Shown here one piece after another: positions 10,388-23,231 of a DNA stretch of 64,000 bases. Source of the DNA: an uncultured delta proteobacterium (GTDB lineage: Bacteria > Bdellovibrionota > FAC87 > UBA2466); the NCBI GenBank assembly GCA_963778115.1, contig CAVZSV010000005.1, forward strand, positions 1 to 64,000, given 5' to 3'. The first letter of the stretch is position 1; each line of letters starts with the position of its first letter. The notes beneath the pieces were generated by a model, which was not told the DNA's origin, searched no databases, and worked only from the letters and a program-made list of their open reading frames with translations. The position numbers were made by a program, and so were the translations under genes.

Positions 10388-11209
10388 CTAGTGGCCGAAA
10401 TGGCCGCCCCCGCCATGGCCGAAGCCCCCATGGCCGAAGCCGTTATGATCGAAGCCCCCATGATCGAAGCCGTGGTGGAAGCCCCCACGGCCGAACCCGC
10501 CATGGTCAAAGCCGTGGTGAAAGCCCTCATGGCCGAAGCCGCCATGGTCAAAGCCGTGGTGAAAGCCCTCATGGCCGAAGCCGCCATGGTCAAAGCCATG
10601 GTGGAAGCCCTCATGGCCGAACCCGCCATGGAATGCGGGCCCGAACAAAAAGAACGGCCCGGTGCCGATGAAGCCGCCATATGGGTACGCGCCGTAATAT
10701 GGATAGCCGCCGGGATAGACGTAGGCGTAGTCGCCCGGATAGCCGTAGCCAGGCGGCGCCGTCTCGACGATGTCGCCCCTACTCGTCATGCATTGGCCAT
10801 AGGCGGCGTCGTATTGCGCCTGCGCTCCTCCGGCAATGGCGCCGGCATTGCTCGCGCCGACTGCGGAGCCGGTCAGCAGCCCGGCGCCGGCGCCGACCGC
10901 GGCCCCCGCACCCGCATTGCCGCCCGCCTCACCCACCAGCGCACCGGCAGAGGCGCCGACGGCGGTTCCCACGGCGGCGCTGCCCACCGCTGAACGGTTG
11001 GCCGCCGCCTGCGTCGCTCCGGGCGGCGCCGTTTGGGTCTGGACATAGTTGCGGCAGGCAAGGTCGTCTGCCTGGAACTGGTTGAGGGACTCGCCGGAGC
11101 GCGGCATCGCGACCACAGTCGGGCCCGAGGGCGGCGCGGCGGCGCAAGCAGCGAGCGGGATGGCGACAAGCAGGGTTAGCGGGCGAAGGTCGGCAAAGAG
11201 GCGAGTCAT
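10388..11209 (-). CDS. Glycine-zipper lipoprotein with Gly/His/Phe repeat tail
   Basis: Lipobox LAAC, FQADDLAC, glycine zipper, YGQCM, then repeated HGGFGHEGFHHGFD. Confidence 0.75.
   Translation of the reverse strand: MTRLFADLRPLTLLVAIPLAACAAAPPSGPTVVAMPRSGESLNQFQADDLACRNYVQTQTAPPGATQAAANRSAVGSAAVGTAVGASAGALVGEAGGNAGAGAAVGAGAGLLTGSAVGASNAGAIAGGAQAQYDAAYGQCMTSRGDIVETAPPGYGYPGDYAYVYPGGYPYYGAYPYGGFIGTGPFFLFGPAFHGGFGHEGFHHGFDHGGFGHEGFHHGFDHGGFGHEGFHHGFDHGGFGRGGFHHGFDHGGFDHNGFGHGGFGHGGGGHFGH
10410..10632. repeat. Coding tandem repeat, 42-bp unit (about 3.5 copies plus degenerate units)
   Basis: Unit GCCATGGTCAAAGCCGTGGTGAAAGCCCTCATGGCCGAAGCC repeats in tandem. Confidence 0.9.
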
Positions 11210-11445
11210 CTTGGCATTCCTGGTGGGACTGGATGAGTCGGTGCTGCACCGAAAACTGGGGTCCCCATTCTGCCACCGCAGAGTATCGCGAATATGACAG
11301 CGTGCACCGGGAACATTACCGCGGACACCAGGGCTAGACCAGATGTTCGCCTGAGATAGGGTTGTGACCCGTCTCACAATATGCAGGATTTCGAGGGTTG
11401 CGCTGGACTGGCCTGCGCCGAGCCTCATGCATAGGGAGACGAGTC

Positions 11446-12555
11446 ATGGAGAAGTCTATCACCTACATTGGCCTTGATGTGCATAAAAATACGATCGCTG
11501 TTGCAGTCGCGGAGTCGGGCCTGCGGAAGGAGGTGCGTGATTACGGCACGATCGCGAACACGCCGGCGGCCTTGAAGAAACTGATTGCGAAGTTAGCCGG
11601 CACCGGTCATGAATTGCGATTTTGCTATGAGGCGGGGCCTTGCGGCTACGGTATCCAACGGCAGATCGCTGCGGCGGGTCACGAATGCATTGTGGTGGCA
11701 CCTTCGTTGATTCCAAAAAAGCCTGGCGACCGGGTTAAGACTGATCGGCGCGATGCGATCAATCTCGCCAAGCTGCACCGGGCGGGTGAGTTAACCGCGG
11801 TATGGGTTCCCGATGAGACGCACGAGGCTATTCGTGATCTGGTTCGGGCGCGCCTGGCGGCGGTGCGCGCATTGCGTAAGGCACGCCAACAACTGTCGGG
11901 GTTCCTGCTGCGCCAGGGTTGCCACTACGGCCAGAAGGCATGGACACTTCTATACCGGCGTTGGCTGGCCGGGCTGAAGTTTAAGCAACCGGTGCACTAC
12001 ATCGTGCTTGAGGATTGCCTCGAAGCGGTGGATGCGGCGACCGCCCGGCGTGATCGTCTGGAGCAGCATATCGAGGCGGCGCTGCCGGGCTGGTCTCTCG
12101 CACCGGTCGTGCAGGCACTTCAGGCTCTGCGTGGTGTAGCCATGGTGGCGGCGGCGACACTGGTTGCCGAGCTTGGCGATATCACCCGCTTCACCAAACC
12201 AAGTCAGCTCATGGCGTATCTTGGCTTGGTTCCGTCTGAAAGCACCAGTGGACGCAAGCGTCGTCAGGGCGGTATTACCAAGGCTGGCAACGAGGCGGCA
12301 CGGCGCATGCTGATCGAAGCCGCCTGGAGTTACCGGTTCCCGGCCCGGATCGGTCGCGCACAGCTGATCCGCCAGGAAAATCTCACTAAGCCGGTCCGTG
12401 ACATTGCATGGAAAGCGCAGGAACGACTGTGCCGCCGATATCGCAAGTTTACCCAGGCCGGAAAGCTGCCCACAGTGATAACCACCGCGATCGCGCGCGA
12501 ACTGACGGGCTTTGTCTGGGCGATTGCCAATCAAGCGCAACCGACAGGAGCCTGA
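11446..12555 (+). CDS. IS110-family DEDD recombinase/transposase, intact ORF
   Basis: GLDVHK, YEAG, KTDRRDA and GLVPSESTSG motifs; GGGAG RBS before ATG 11446. Confidence 0.95.
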   Translation: MEKSITYIGLDVHKNTIAVAVAESGLRKEVRDYGTIANTPAALKKLIAKLAGTGHELRFCYEAGPCGYGIQRQIAAAGHECIVVAPSLIPKKPGDRVKTDRRDAINLAKLHRAGELTAVWVPDETHEAIRDLVRARLAAVRALRKARQQLSGFLLRQGCHYGQKAWTLLYRRWLAGLKFKQPVHYIVLEDCLEAVDAATARRDRLEQHIEAALPGWSLAPVVQALQALRGVAMVAAATLVAELGDITRFTKPSQLMAYLGLVPSESTSGRKRRQGGITKAGNEAARRMLIEAAWSYRFPARIGRAQLIRQENLTKPVRDIAWKAQERLCRRYRKFTQAGKLPTVITTAIARELTGFVWAIANQAQPTGA

Positions 12556-12866
12556 TACGTTCTGATTGATATCACGCCAAGAAAGGAGCTCACCACCGCA
12601 ACGACATACCCAAAGCTGGGCAAGGCCGGAGGCACGATCACGGCCAGGAGAACCCTCGTAGACACTATCAGCCGGATCTTATCCGACGCTGGATTCTAGA
12701 CCGAGGAAGCTCCGCGACGCATCACAGGTCCGGCGGTAACCAACCCGCGTATCAGAGCATGATCAACCGTCGTTTCATGATCGTGCTTCCTGCCCTTCCC
12801 AGTGGCGGCCGTACTGAAAACGCTCGCAAAACGAAGTAATGAATTTTCGCGCCTGCAGCTTGAAAC
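12556..12866 (+). ncRNA. Candidate bridge/seek RNA region of the IS110 element
   Basis: Non-coding 3' region inside the element; contains GACACTA (12661-12667), the complement of the reconstructed target TAGTGTC. Confidence 0.55.
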
Positions 12867-12878
12867 GGCGAACATGAG

Positions 12879-14054
12879 AGTGTCCCGATTCGGAAGTCCC
12901 TTGCATTTTAGGGGTTTGTTGGGAGGGAGCGTAGGCAGAAGCGTTGGATCGAGGCGAGGATATCGTCGGCGCTCTTGGTCCATCGGAACGGCTTAGGGGC
13001 CAGCATTGGTGGCGTCGATATAGGCGGTGATGGCGCGCTCGAGGTCGGCGACGGATCGGAACACACCGCGTCTGATGGCGCGGTCGGTCAGCAAGGCGAA
13101 GAAGCGTTCGACCTGATTGATCCATGAGGCCGAAGTGGGCGTGTAGTGGACATGCCAGCGTGGCCGCTTGACGAACCAGTCGCGGATTAGCTTGGTCTTG
13201 TGTGTGCCGTAGTTGTCCATGACAACATGGATGTCGAGATCGGCGGGCACGTTGCGTTCGATCTCGTCGAGGAACTTGCGGAACTCCTGCGTGCGGTGGC
13301 GCGGCATGCATTTGCCGATGACGGTTCCCGCCTTCACGTCGAGCGCTGCAAACAGCGAGGTGGTTCCGTGCCGCGTGTAGTCGTGGGTGCGCCGCTCGGC
13401 TTGGCCGGGCCGCATCGGCAGCAGAGGCTGGGTTCGATCGAGCGCCTGAACCTGGCTCTTTTCATCGACGCAGAGCACCACGGCGCGTTCGGGCGGCGAG
13501 AGATACAGGCCGACGATGTCCCGTACCTTCTCGACAAACAGCGGGTCGGAAGAAAGCTTGAAGGTCTCCGAACGATGCGGCTGCAGGCCGAACGCCTGCC
13601 AAATCCGATGGATCGTGGACGGCGCATGGCCCACCGCCTTCGCCATGGCCCGCAGGCTCCAATGCGTCGCCCCTTGAGGGAGCGTCTCCAAAGTTTGGCG
13701 GATCGTGGCGGCAATCTCGTCGTCACCAATCTGGCGCGGCGCGCCGGGACGTGGCTCATCGTACAGCCCGTCCATGCCATCGCGGGCGAACCGATTGCGC
13801 CACACGCCGGCTGTGTGGGCGCAGACATCCAGCTTCGCCGCGATTTCCTTATTGGTCAGCCCGCTCGCCGCGGCGAGCACAATACGTGCTCGCACCGCCA
13901 GCGACTGTGGCGCTCCATGTTTGCGGATGAGCGCCGTCAACGCTGCCTTCTCCGCGTCATCCAGCACGATCGCCACCGCACGCCCCTTCGCCATTCCCGC
14001 CCCCTTGTTCAAGGTTCGGCTAGAATGTAACTCATTTGTCGATCACGACACTAG
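12879..14054 (-). mobile_element. IS630-family element, full length; transposase starts near 13994, frameshifted at 3' end
   Basis: HTH region plus [33 protein letters not shown]; ends CTAGTGTCGTGAT and (CT)AGTGTCCCGAT. Confidence 0.92.
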
Positions 14055-14827
14055 CGATGAGGTACCGGGGATCACCAGGATGTTGGGCGCGCGGCGCTGC
14101 GGCGAGGCGAGTGCGACCTGCATTGGCGTGGCACCAAGGCGTGTGGCGACGTCGCTGAGGCCGGTTACCTGTAGCGGGGTGAAGCCGCCGAGCGGGAAGA
14201 AAGGCACGTAAGCGATGCCAGCTGCGGCCAGGTCGTCAATCTGCGCGTCATTATCCCAATAGGCGAGATTGTACAGGTTCTGCACGCAGACAATATCCGC
14301 AATCACACGCCCTTGCGCGATCTGCCGCGCCGTCACGTTACTGAGGCCGATATGGCGGACAAGCCCTTGCCGTTGGAGTTCGGCGAGTGCCGTCAACGAC
14401 GCCTCGAGCGAGCCCTCGGCGGGACCGTGGACGCCTAACATGAGGCGCAGATTGACGATTTTGAGCACGTCCCAAATTCCGCAGGTTATCGTGAACCGCG
14501 CGGGGCAACTCCTCGGCCGAGAAGGCAGGGTTCCAGGAGCCGTCTGCGCCGCGCCGCGCGCCGATCTTGGTGACGATGACCAGATCGTCCGGATAGGGAT
14601 GCAGCGCCTGGCGGATGAGCTGGTTGGTGATGTGCGGGCCGTAGAAATCGCTCGTGTCGATATGGTTCACCCCTGCCGCCACCGCCGCTCGCAGGACGGC
14701 AAGTGCCGTCCCGGTCCTTTGGCGACCCGAACACCCCCGGCCCGGCAAGTAGCATCGCGCCGTACCCCATGCGCTGCACGGTATGTGCGCCGAGCGTGAA
14801 GGTTCCGGCTTTGCTGATATCAATCAT
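14051..14827 (-). pseudogene. Aldo/keto reductase, frameshifted and cut at the 3' end by IS630
   Basis: RMGYGAM, HIDTSDFYGP, IVTKIGA, HIGLSNV, VQNLYN, IPGTSSL then CTAG of the IS end. Confidence 0.85.
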
Positions 14828-15268
14828 GTCATGTCGCTCTGGGTCGATCTTGCATGCAGAGAGTTTTTCGTTCCGCTATAAGAAAATCCACAGGACTGGG
14901 GATAAACTTGTGGATTTGTCATGTATTCGACTGCACAAGCCGCTATTCGCCTATGCCCGCCTCAGTTTTTGTGCCCAGCCGCGGAGTTCATGCAGACGGC
15001 AGGCAAGCGTATCTATTGAATCCAAGCCAGCTGGCATGGATGTGAGCTGCCTCCAAAACCTAAAAATTTGTAATTTTTTAAGGGACGCGATGCACACCGG
15101 GTCGGAATTGAGCTAACCTGGCTCTTGCAGACGGGTTTTCAACGAATTCGGCAAACGACCTCAAGCTGATCCAGTTGCGCTCAGGATCACCACCGCCGGG
15201 CGGCCCGCCGGTACAATGACATGCAGCAACGCCCGCACGGGCAAGGATAGATAGAGGAGACACAAGCC

Positions 15269-15882
15269 ATGGCCTGGTTCCAGTCGCCCAATATCGAAAA
15301 CGAACTCATGCACGCCAGAAATGCGATGCTCGCGGATAATTGGTGGGTTGTCGCGTTGCGGGGCGTCCTGGCGATCCTGTTCGGCATCGCCGCCTTTGCC
15401 GTGCCGGCCGCGACGATGCTGGCACTTGTGCTGATCTTTGCCGCCTATAGCCTGATCGATGGGATCTGCAGCGTCGTGCTGGCGGTGCATGGGGCGCGGA
15501 CGCATGAACGATGGGGATGGCTCTTGCTCAACGGGTTGTTCGGGATCGTCATCGGCATCGCCGCGGCGCTGTTGCCCGGCATTACCGTGCTCGTCTTCGT
15601 GCTTCTGATCGCGGTCTGGGCGTTGATCTCCGGCGGTTTGCTGTTCGGGCCGCCCTCAGCCTGCATATCAGCCACGGGCGCTGGCTTATGGTCTTCGGTG
15701 CGATTGTTTCCGTGCTCTATGGCCTGCTGCTGTTCATGAGCCCGGTGATCGGCGCGCTGGTGCTCACCTGGTGGCTGGGCGCATATGCGCTGGTTTTCGG
15801 CTGTACCCTGCTCATCCTGGCCTTCCGGCTGCGCCGGCATCGCGGCCTGCATGCACCGGCCGGCATGGCGACTTCCATCTAG
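15269..15882 (+). CDS. HdeD/DUF308 membrane protein (frameshift near 15650)
   Basis: NWWVVALRGVLAILFGI...IDGI...WWLGAYALVFG. Confidence 0.8.
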
Positions 15883-15885
15883 CCT

Positions 15886-16587
15886 CTACGCAACAGGCAC
15901 ACTCCCACAAGCGGCGATAACGGTATCGGCCTGGGCTTGGGTGAGTTCGCGCCGCCAGCGGCCGATCTCGCCGCTACGGCCGGCATGATGGGTGTGCCAA
16001 TGGGTTTGCGGGTCCAGAAGGTCACCCGAGACGCGGTCCTGCAGAATACCGGGAATCCGGTCCATACGGGCGATATGGGCTTCGACGTTCCCGCGCTCCA
16101 GCACCTGGAAGATTTTTGCTCCGGCTTGCGGCGGGAGAGACAGGCCAAGATGGGCGGCTACTGCCTCCGGGGTCGCCGCATCCTCGAAAAAGCAACTTTC
16201 ATATGTGTAGAGACTGGCGCGCGGGTCGGCGGCATAGCGCATACAGAGCTGCAGCGCCTGAGCGACATGGGAGAGCGCACGGTCGAACGCATGGTGGTGG
16301 TAGCGCATCAGCGAGGCGACGGCATCGCGCGGGTCCCGCACGGTAATGAGGATTGTATCGGCACGGCGGCTCAGTTCCCGCTCGGTCTCCTGATCGCTGA
16401 TTTCGTGAGATTTGACGATATGCGCCACTGGCGCGCCAAAAGCCGCAAAATCGGCTTGGCCGGAGAAAAAATAGGTTTTTACGGGAACCGGCGGTTCGGC
16501 GGCGCCATGCAATAACCGCACGGCGTTGAACATCCAGGTGGACGCACTGCCGTAAAGCCCGAGGCACCAGATGGTTGTACCGCGCAT
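15886..16587 (-). CDS. Sulfotransferase-like / P-loop-fold protein
   Basis: GLYGSASTW, VKSH, RDPRDAVAS, YE and G-x-IGRWR motifs. Confidence 0.6.
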   Translation of the reverse strand: MRGTTIWCLGLYGSASTWMFNAVRLLHGAAEPPVPVKTYFFSGQADFAAFGAPVAHIVKSHEISDQETERELSRRADTILITVRDPRDAVASLMRYHHHAFDRALSHVAQALQLCMRYAADPRASLYTYESCFFEDAATPEAVAAHLGLSLPPQAGAKIFQVLERGNVEAHIARMDRIPGILQDRVSGDLLDPQTHWHTHHAGRSGEIGRWRRELTQAQADTVIAACGSVPVA

Positions 16588-16651
16588 TGAAGATCGCTCC
16601 GCTGATGCAAACTTCAGATTTCGAAGGGCAAGCCCTTCGACTTAAAACAAA

Positions 16652-16673
16652 TGAGGGGGCCGAAGCCCCCTCA
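16652..16673 (-). terminator. Intrinsic terminator after acnA
   Basis: TGAGGGGGC-CGAA-GCCCCCTCA hairpin followed by a T-rich run on the minus strand; second hairpin at 16621-16640. Confidence 0.75.
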
Positions 16674-16698
16674 CCTTTCGCCTTGCTTAAGCTGCTTT

Positions 16699-19386
<2,688 letters not shown>

Positions 19387-19484
19387 TGAGCAAAAACCTT
19401 TCTGCTATACCGCTTGTGATTTGGGACGGCTTAAACCATAGCCGTATCGGTCCGTCCATTCCATGTCATAAGGATATCCCTGCC

Positions 19485-20046
19485 CTGCTTACGGCGATAA
19501 ATCTGTCTATTTTCAGGGGCGAACGGCTGGTCCTGAGCCATGTTAATTTTGCACTGCGGCCCGGCGGGATTCTTCTTCTGCGCGGCGCCAATGGCGCGGG
19601 CAAGTCGTCCTTGCTCCGTGCGCTGGCGGGGCTGACGCCGCTGGCCGCAGGCACGTTGCGCTGGGGCGAGGAAGACGCGCTGGAGGACCTGCCTGCCCAT
19701 GCACAGCGGATCGCCTGGCTTGGGCATCTGGACGCCGTGAAACCCGCCCTCACCGCTGCCGAACATGTCCCTGCACCGGCCTTGGCCGCGGTCGGCCTCG
19801 CCGCCTATGCGGACCTGCCGGCGCGGCTGCTCTCCGCCGGCCAGAAGCGCCGGCTGGCGATCGCCCGGGTGGTCGCCGCCAAGGCGCCGCTCTGGCTGCT
19901 GGATGAGCCGACCACCGGGCTCGATGCCGGCTCGGTGACGCAATTCTGCGGCTTGTGCGAGGCGCATCGAGAACTCGGGCGGCATGATCATCGCGAGCAC
20001 GCATACCCCATTGGAATTACGCAATGTTGATGTGTTGAGCCTATGA
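19485..20046 (+). CDS. ccmA: Heme ABC exporter ATP-binding subunit (start approximate; frameshift at 3' end)
   Basis: GANGAGKS, LSAGQKRR, LLDEP; directly precedes ccmB. Confidence 0.88.
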
Positions 20047-20687
20047 GAAAATTGATTTTTCGGGAGTTGAAACTCTCGCTGCGCCACGGCGCGGATACCG
20101 CCGCAGCATTGCTGTTCTTTATCATCGCGGGAACCTTGTTCCCTTTCGCGCTTGGCCCCGGCCCGACGACTTTGGCCGCGATCGCGGCTGGCGTGGTGTG
20201 GGTCTGCGCGCTGCTGGCAGCCCTTTTGCCGCTCGACCGGCTGTTCGGCGCGGATTTCGAGGACGGTACGCTCGATCTGCTGCTGCTCTCCGGCATGCCG
20301 GCCTATGGCGTCGCCTTCGCGAAAACCCTGGTCCACTGGCTGACCACCGGCCTGCCCTTGATCGTGATCGCAGCACCGCTCGCGGTCATGCTGCGCCTGC
20401 CGGCCGGGCATATTCCGCTGCTGCTGCTGACGCTGGTGCCGGGCACGATGCTGCTCTCCTTGCTCGGCACGCTGGCCGCCGCGATTACGTTGGGGGCAAG
20501 GCGCGCCGCGGTGCTGATGCCGCTCATCACTCTCCCGCTGATGATCCCGACGCTGATTTTCGGCGCCTCGGCGGTTACCTCGCCGCACCCGGCGGCCGCC
20601 TTGTACATGCTGGCCGCCATGCTGTTAGCAGCACTGCCTTTGGCACCGCTCGGCGCCGGAGCGGCCTTACGGGCGGCAGCGGAATAA
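20043..20687 (+). CDS. ccmB: Heme exporter permease
   Basis: LFPFALGP, DFEDGTLD, HWLTTGLP, LPLMIPTLIFG. Confidence 0.92.
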   Translation: MRKLIFRELKLSLRHGADTAAALLFFIIAGTLFPFALGPGPTTLAAIAAGVVWVCALLAALLPLDRLFGADFEDGTLDLLLLSGMPAYGVAFAKTLVHWLTTGLPLIVIAAPLAVMLRLPAGHIPLLLLTLVPGTMLLSLLGTLAAAITLGARRAAVLMPLITLPLMIPTLIFGASAVTSPHPAAALYMLAAMLLAALPLAPLGAGAALRAAAE

Positions 20688-20804
20688 ACGCTTGCCCACT
20701 GGCGCACTTCAGACACCCATCCTTAACCCCTTCTGATTAGGAAGCGCATAAAAGCGGCAGCAATGCCGCCAGGATTTTTACGTTGTCAGCCAAGGATTGA
20801 TCAC

Positions 20805-22806
20805 ATGCCACCGTCGACCGTCCCAAGCGGACACGCTGATGCGCAAACCCGGCCCGAGACATCCCTGCTGATCGAAGGCTGGCGCGGCGTGAGCCACTCC
20901 TACGGGCTGGTCAACCAATATCAAATTCTCTGAATTGCTGAAGATCGATGGGCTGAAACTATTCCATCACGACCTGCCATTGATCAGCAAGGACTGGAAC
21001 CGGACTCGCAACGATGCGAATTTTCCGCTTGAGGCGCAGCAGCAAATCGATGCGCTGCCGCAGGCGGGCGATGCGCCGATCGATTGTGCGTACCGGATCG
21101 CCTTCCCCTTCCCTGCCGGCGCGATGGACGATGAACGCCGAACGCTGACCTTCATGATCACCGAACTTGGCCTTGCCGCCAGCCATTTCGGGGCCGCACC
21201 CAGCCAACATTCCTTTTACACGCGCGGCCAGAATGCCATCGTCACCTCGAGCCGATGGTCACGGGACCGGATCGTCGAATTCGGTTTTCCCGCTGAGAAG
21301 GTGCGGATCGTCCCTTGCGGCGTCGATACCGCTATCTTCCGCCCCTTGAGTGCGGACGAACGCAAGGTGAACCGCGCCAATCTCGGGATCCGCGAGGACG
21401 AAACCGTTTTTGTCAATGTTGGTGGCGCCTACTGGAACAAAGGCATTGACCTGCTGCTGCGCGCTTTCGCACAATTGCGAATCCGCGGGCGTAAGGTTCG
21501 CCTGATCATCAAGGATCAGCGCGGGCTCTATGGAATCTCGGCCGAGGACACGCTGCGCAGGGTTGGGAGCGAAGACCCAGCTGTGCTGCGCCCGGAAACG
21601 TTAGACGCGATCTCGGTTATTCCAGGTAATCTAACCCGAACGGAACTGCGATCCCTCTATGGCATCGCCGATGCTTACGTCTCGCCCTACCGGGCCGAAG
21701 GCTTCAACCTGCCTGTGCTGGAGGCGATTGCCTGCGGCACGCCAGTGATCGTCACGCAAGGCGGCGCCACGGATGATTTCTGCCCGGCGGATGTGGCACT
21801 TCATATTCCCGGACCGCTTCTTCCGACGGACGAACAACAACACGGAGTGGTGGGCCGCTACGTCGAACCCGATCTCGATACCCTGATCGGCGCGATGGAC
21901 GGATATGCGACCGGCTACCGCCACGATGCCAACCGCTTTGCCGCAGCGCGCGCGCGTGTGCTGGACGCCTTCAGCTGGCGACAAGCGGCGCACGCGCTTG
22001 CAGAGCTGGTCACCGGCCACACGCCCCGCGCAAGGCCAGCGACGCCAGAGAAACCCATTGCGGCGGCGGCGCCGCGGGGCATCGGGCAAGCGGGCATACT
22101 GGGCCTGATTAAAATGATGCGCCCTTGGTCCATGTCGGGCATGTCCAAAACCCGGATCGGCGATAACACGGATGGCGGCTATGTCCTGCCTGCGATTGCG
22201 CTGGACTGCGATGGTGTCCTATCCATCGGGGTTGGCATGGATGTCAGCTTCGATCTGCAACTGGCCGAGCGCGGCGCGCAGGTGCTGCAATTCGACCATA
22301 CGGTGGAACGCTCCCCCGTCGCGCACGCGAATTTCCATTTCCATAAGCTCGGATGGGGAAGCAACAGCGCGGGCGATTATCTGAGCTTTGCCGATATCTG
22401 CGCGAAACTTGACGCACTCGACATTAAGCGCCCGTTATTTAAATTCGACATCGAAGGCGGGGAATACGACATATTCGACACGCTCGATCCCAAATTGCTT
22501 GAGCCATTCGAGGTGATTGCCTGTGAGATCCATGATCTCTCGAAACTCACCGATCCGGTTTTTTTCGCAAAAGTCCGATGCATGTTTGAGAAATTAACGG
22601 CGTATCACGTGCCCGTGCATCTGCATGCGAATAACTTTGCCGATGTCATGCTGGTGCAAGGCGTGCCAATTCCCGACGTGCTGGAACTGAGCTTTCTGCG
22701 CCGGGACCTCGGCAGCTTTCCTCATCTCTCGACGGACCCGATACCCGGCGGGCTTGACCGGCCCAACCACCCGTATCGGCCGGATATCTGCATGAATCCG
22801 TTTTAG
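20805..22806 (+). CDS. GT4 glycosyltransferase fused to an FkbM/Methyltransf_22-like domain (frameshift near 20930)
   Basis: IEGWRGVSHSYGLVNQ, KGIDLL, EGFNLPVLEAIACG; C-terminal RIGDNTDGGY, SIGV, KFDIEGGEY, HLHANN. Confidence 0.8.
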
Positions 22807-22809
22807 TCT

Positions 22810-22842
22810 CTCCGGGGCTGACGCCGTGCGTCAGCCCCGGAG
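22810..22842. terminator. Hairpin between convergent genes
   Basis: CTCCGGGGCTGACGC-CGT-GCGTCAGCCCCGGAG. Confidence 0.7.
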
Positions 22843-22850
22843 GTCACGTT

Positions 22851-23219
22851 CTAGACGTGGAAACTCTCGCCGCATCCGCAGCGGCCTTTTTCATTCGGGT
22901 TCTCGAAGGTAAACCCGGAGGTGAGCTTGTCGACCTTGTAATCCATCGTCGTGCCGATCAGGAACAACGTCGCCTTGCGGTCCACCAGCACGGTAAGCCC
23001 GTGGTTTGTTACCACCTCGTCCTGCGGACCCGCTTCTTCCACCCAGCTCATATCGTAGGACATGCCCGAGCAGCCTTTGGTGGAGACGGCGATGCGCAGC
23101 AATTTGCCCGCCTCGCCGCCCTCATAGAGCGCTTTCAAGCGTGCAGCAGCGGCTTCGGTCATCTCCATCAGCGGCGGCAAAGGCCGGCGGGTGGTTGGCG
23201 CGGAAGCTGTCGTGCTCAT
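22851..23219 (-). CDS. sufA: A-type Fe-S carrier (IscA/SufA/HesB family)
   Basis: KGCSGMSY and CGCGESF. Confidence 0.9.
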   Translation of the reverse strand: MSTTASAPTTRRPLPPLMEMTEAAAARLKALYEGGEAGKLLRIAVSTKGCSGMSYDMSWVEEAGPQDEVVTNHGLTVLVDRKATLFLIGTTMDYKVDKLTSGFTFENPNEKGRCGCGESFHV

Positions 23220-23231
23220 CCTTCTACTCCC

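Larger units (their letters stand above)
11336..12878 (+). mobile_element. IS110-family element, IS1111-type (sub-terminal inverted repeats, long 3' non-coding region)
   Basis: ATGTTCGCC at 11343-11351 and GGCGAACAT at 12867-12875; AG at both junctions; about 320 bp non-coding after the recombinase gene. Confidence 0.85.

Noticed and set aside
10410..10632. Regular repeats resembling a CRISPR array
   Set aside because: Units are contiguous 42-mers without unique spacers, lie in a coding frame, and no cas genes are present
10208..10993. Plus-strand ORF with MAEAAMVKAVVKAL repeats
   Set aside because: Antisense reading of the lipoprotein repeat; the minus frame has a lipobox and glycine zipper
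12905..13010. Programmed frameshift in the IS630 transposase
   Set aside because: The shifts are in short C/G runs at the extreme 3' end and match the window-wide indel pattern
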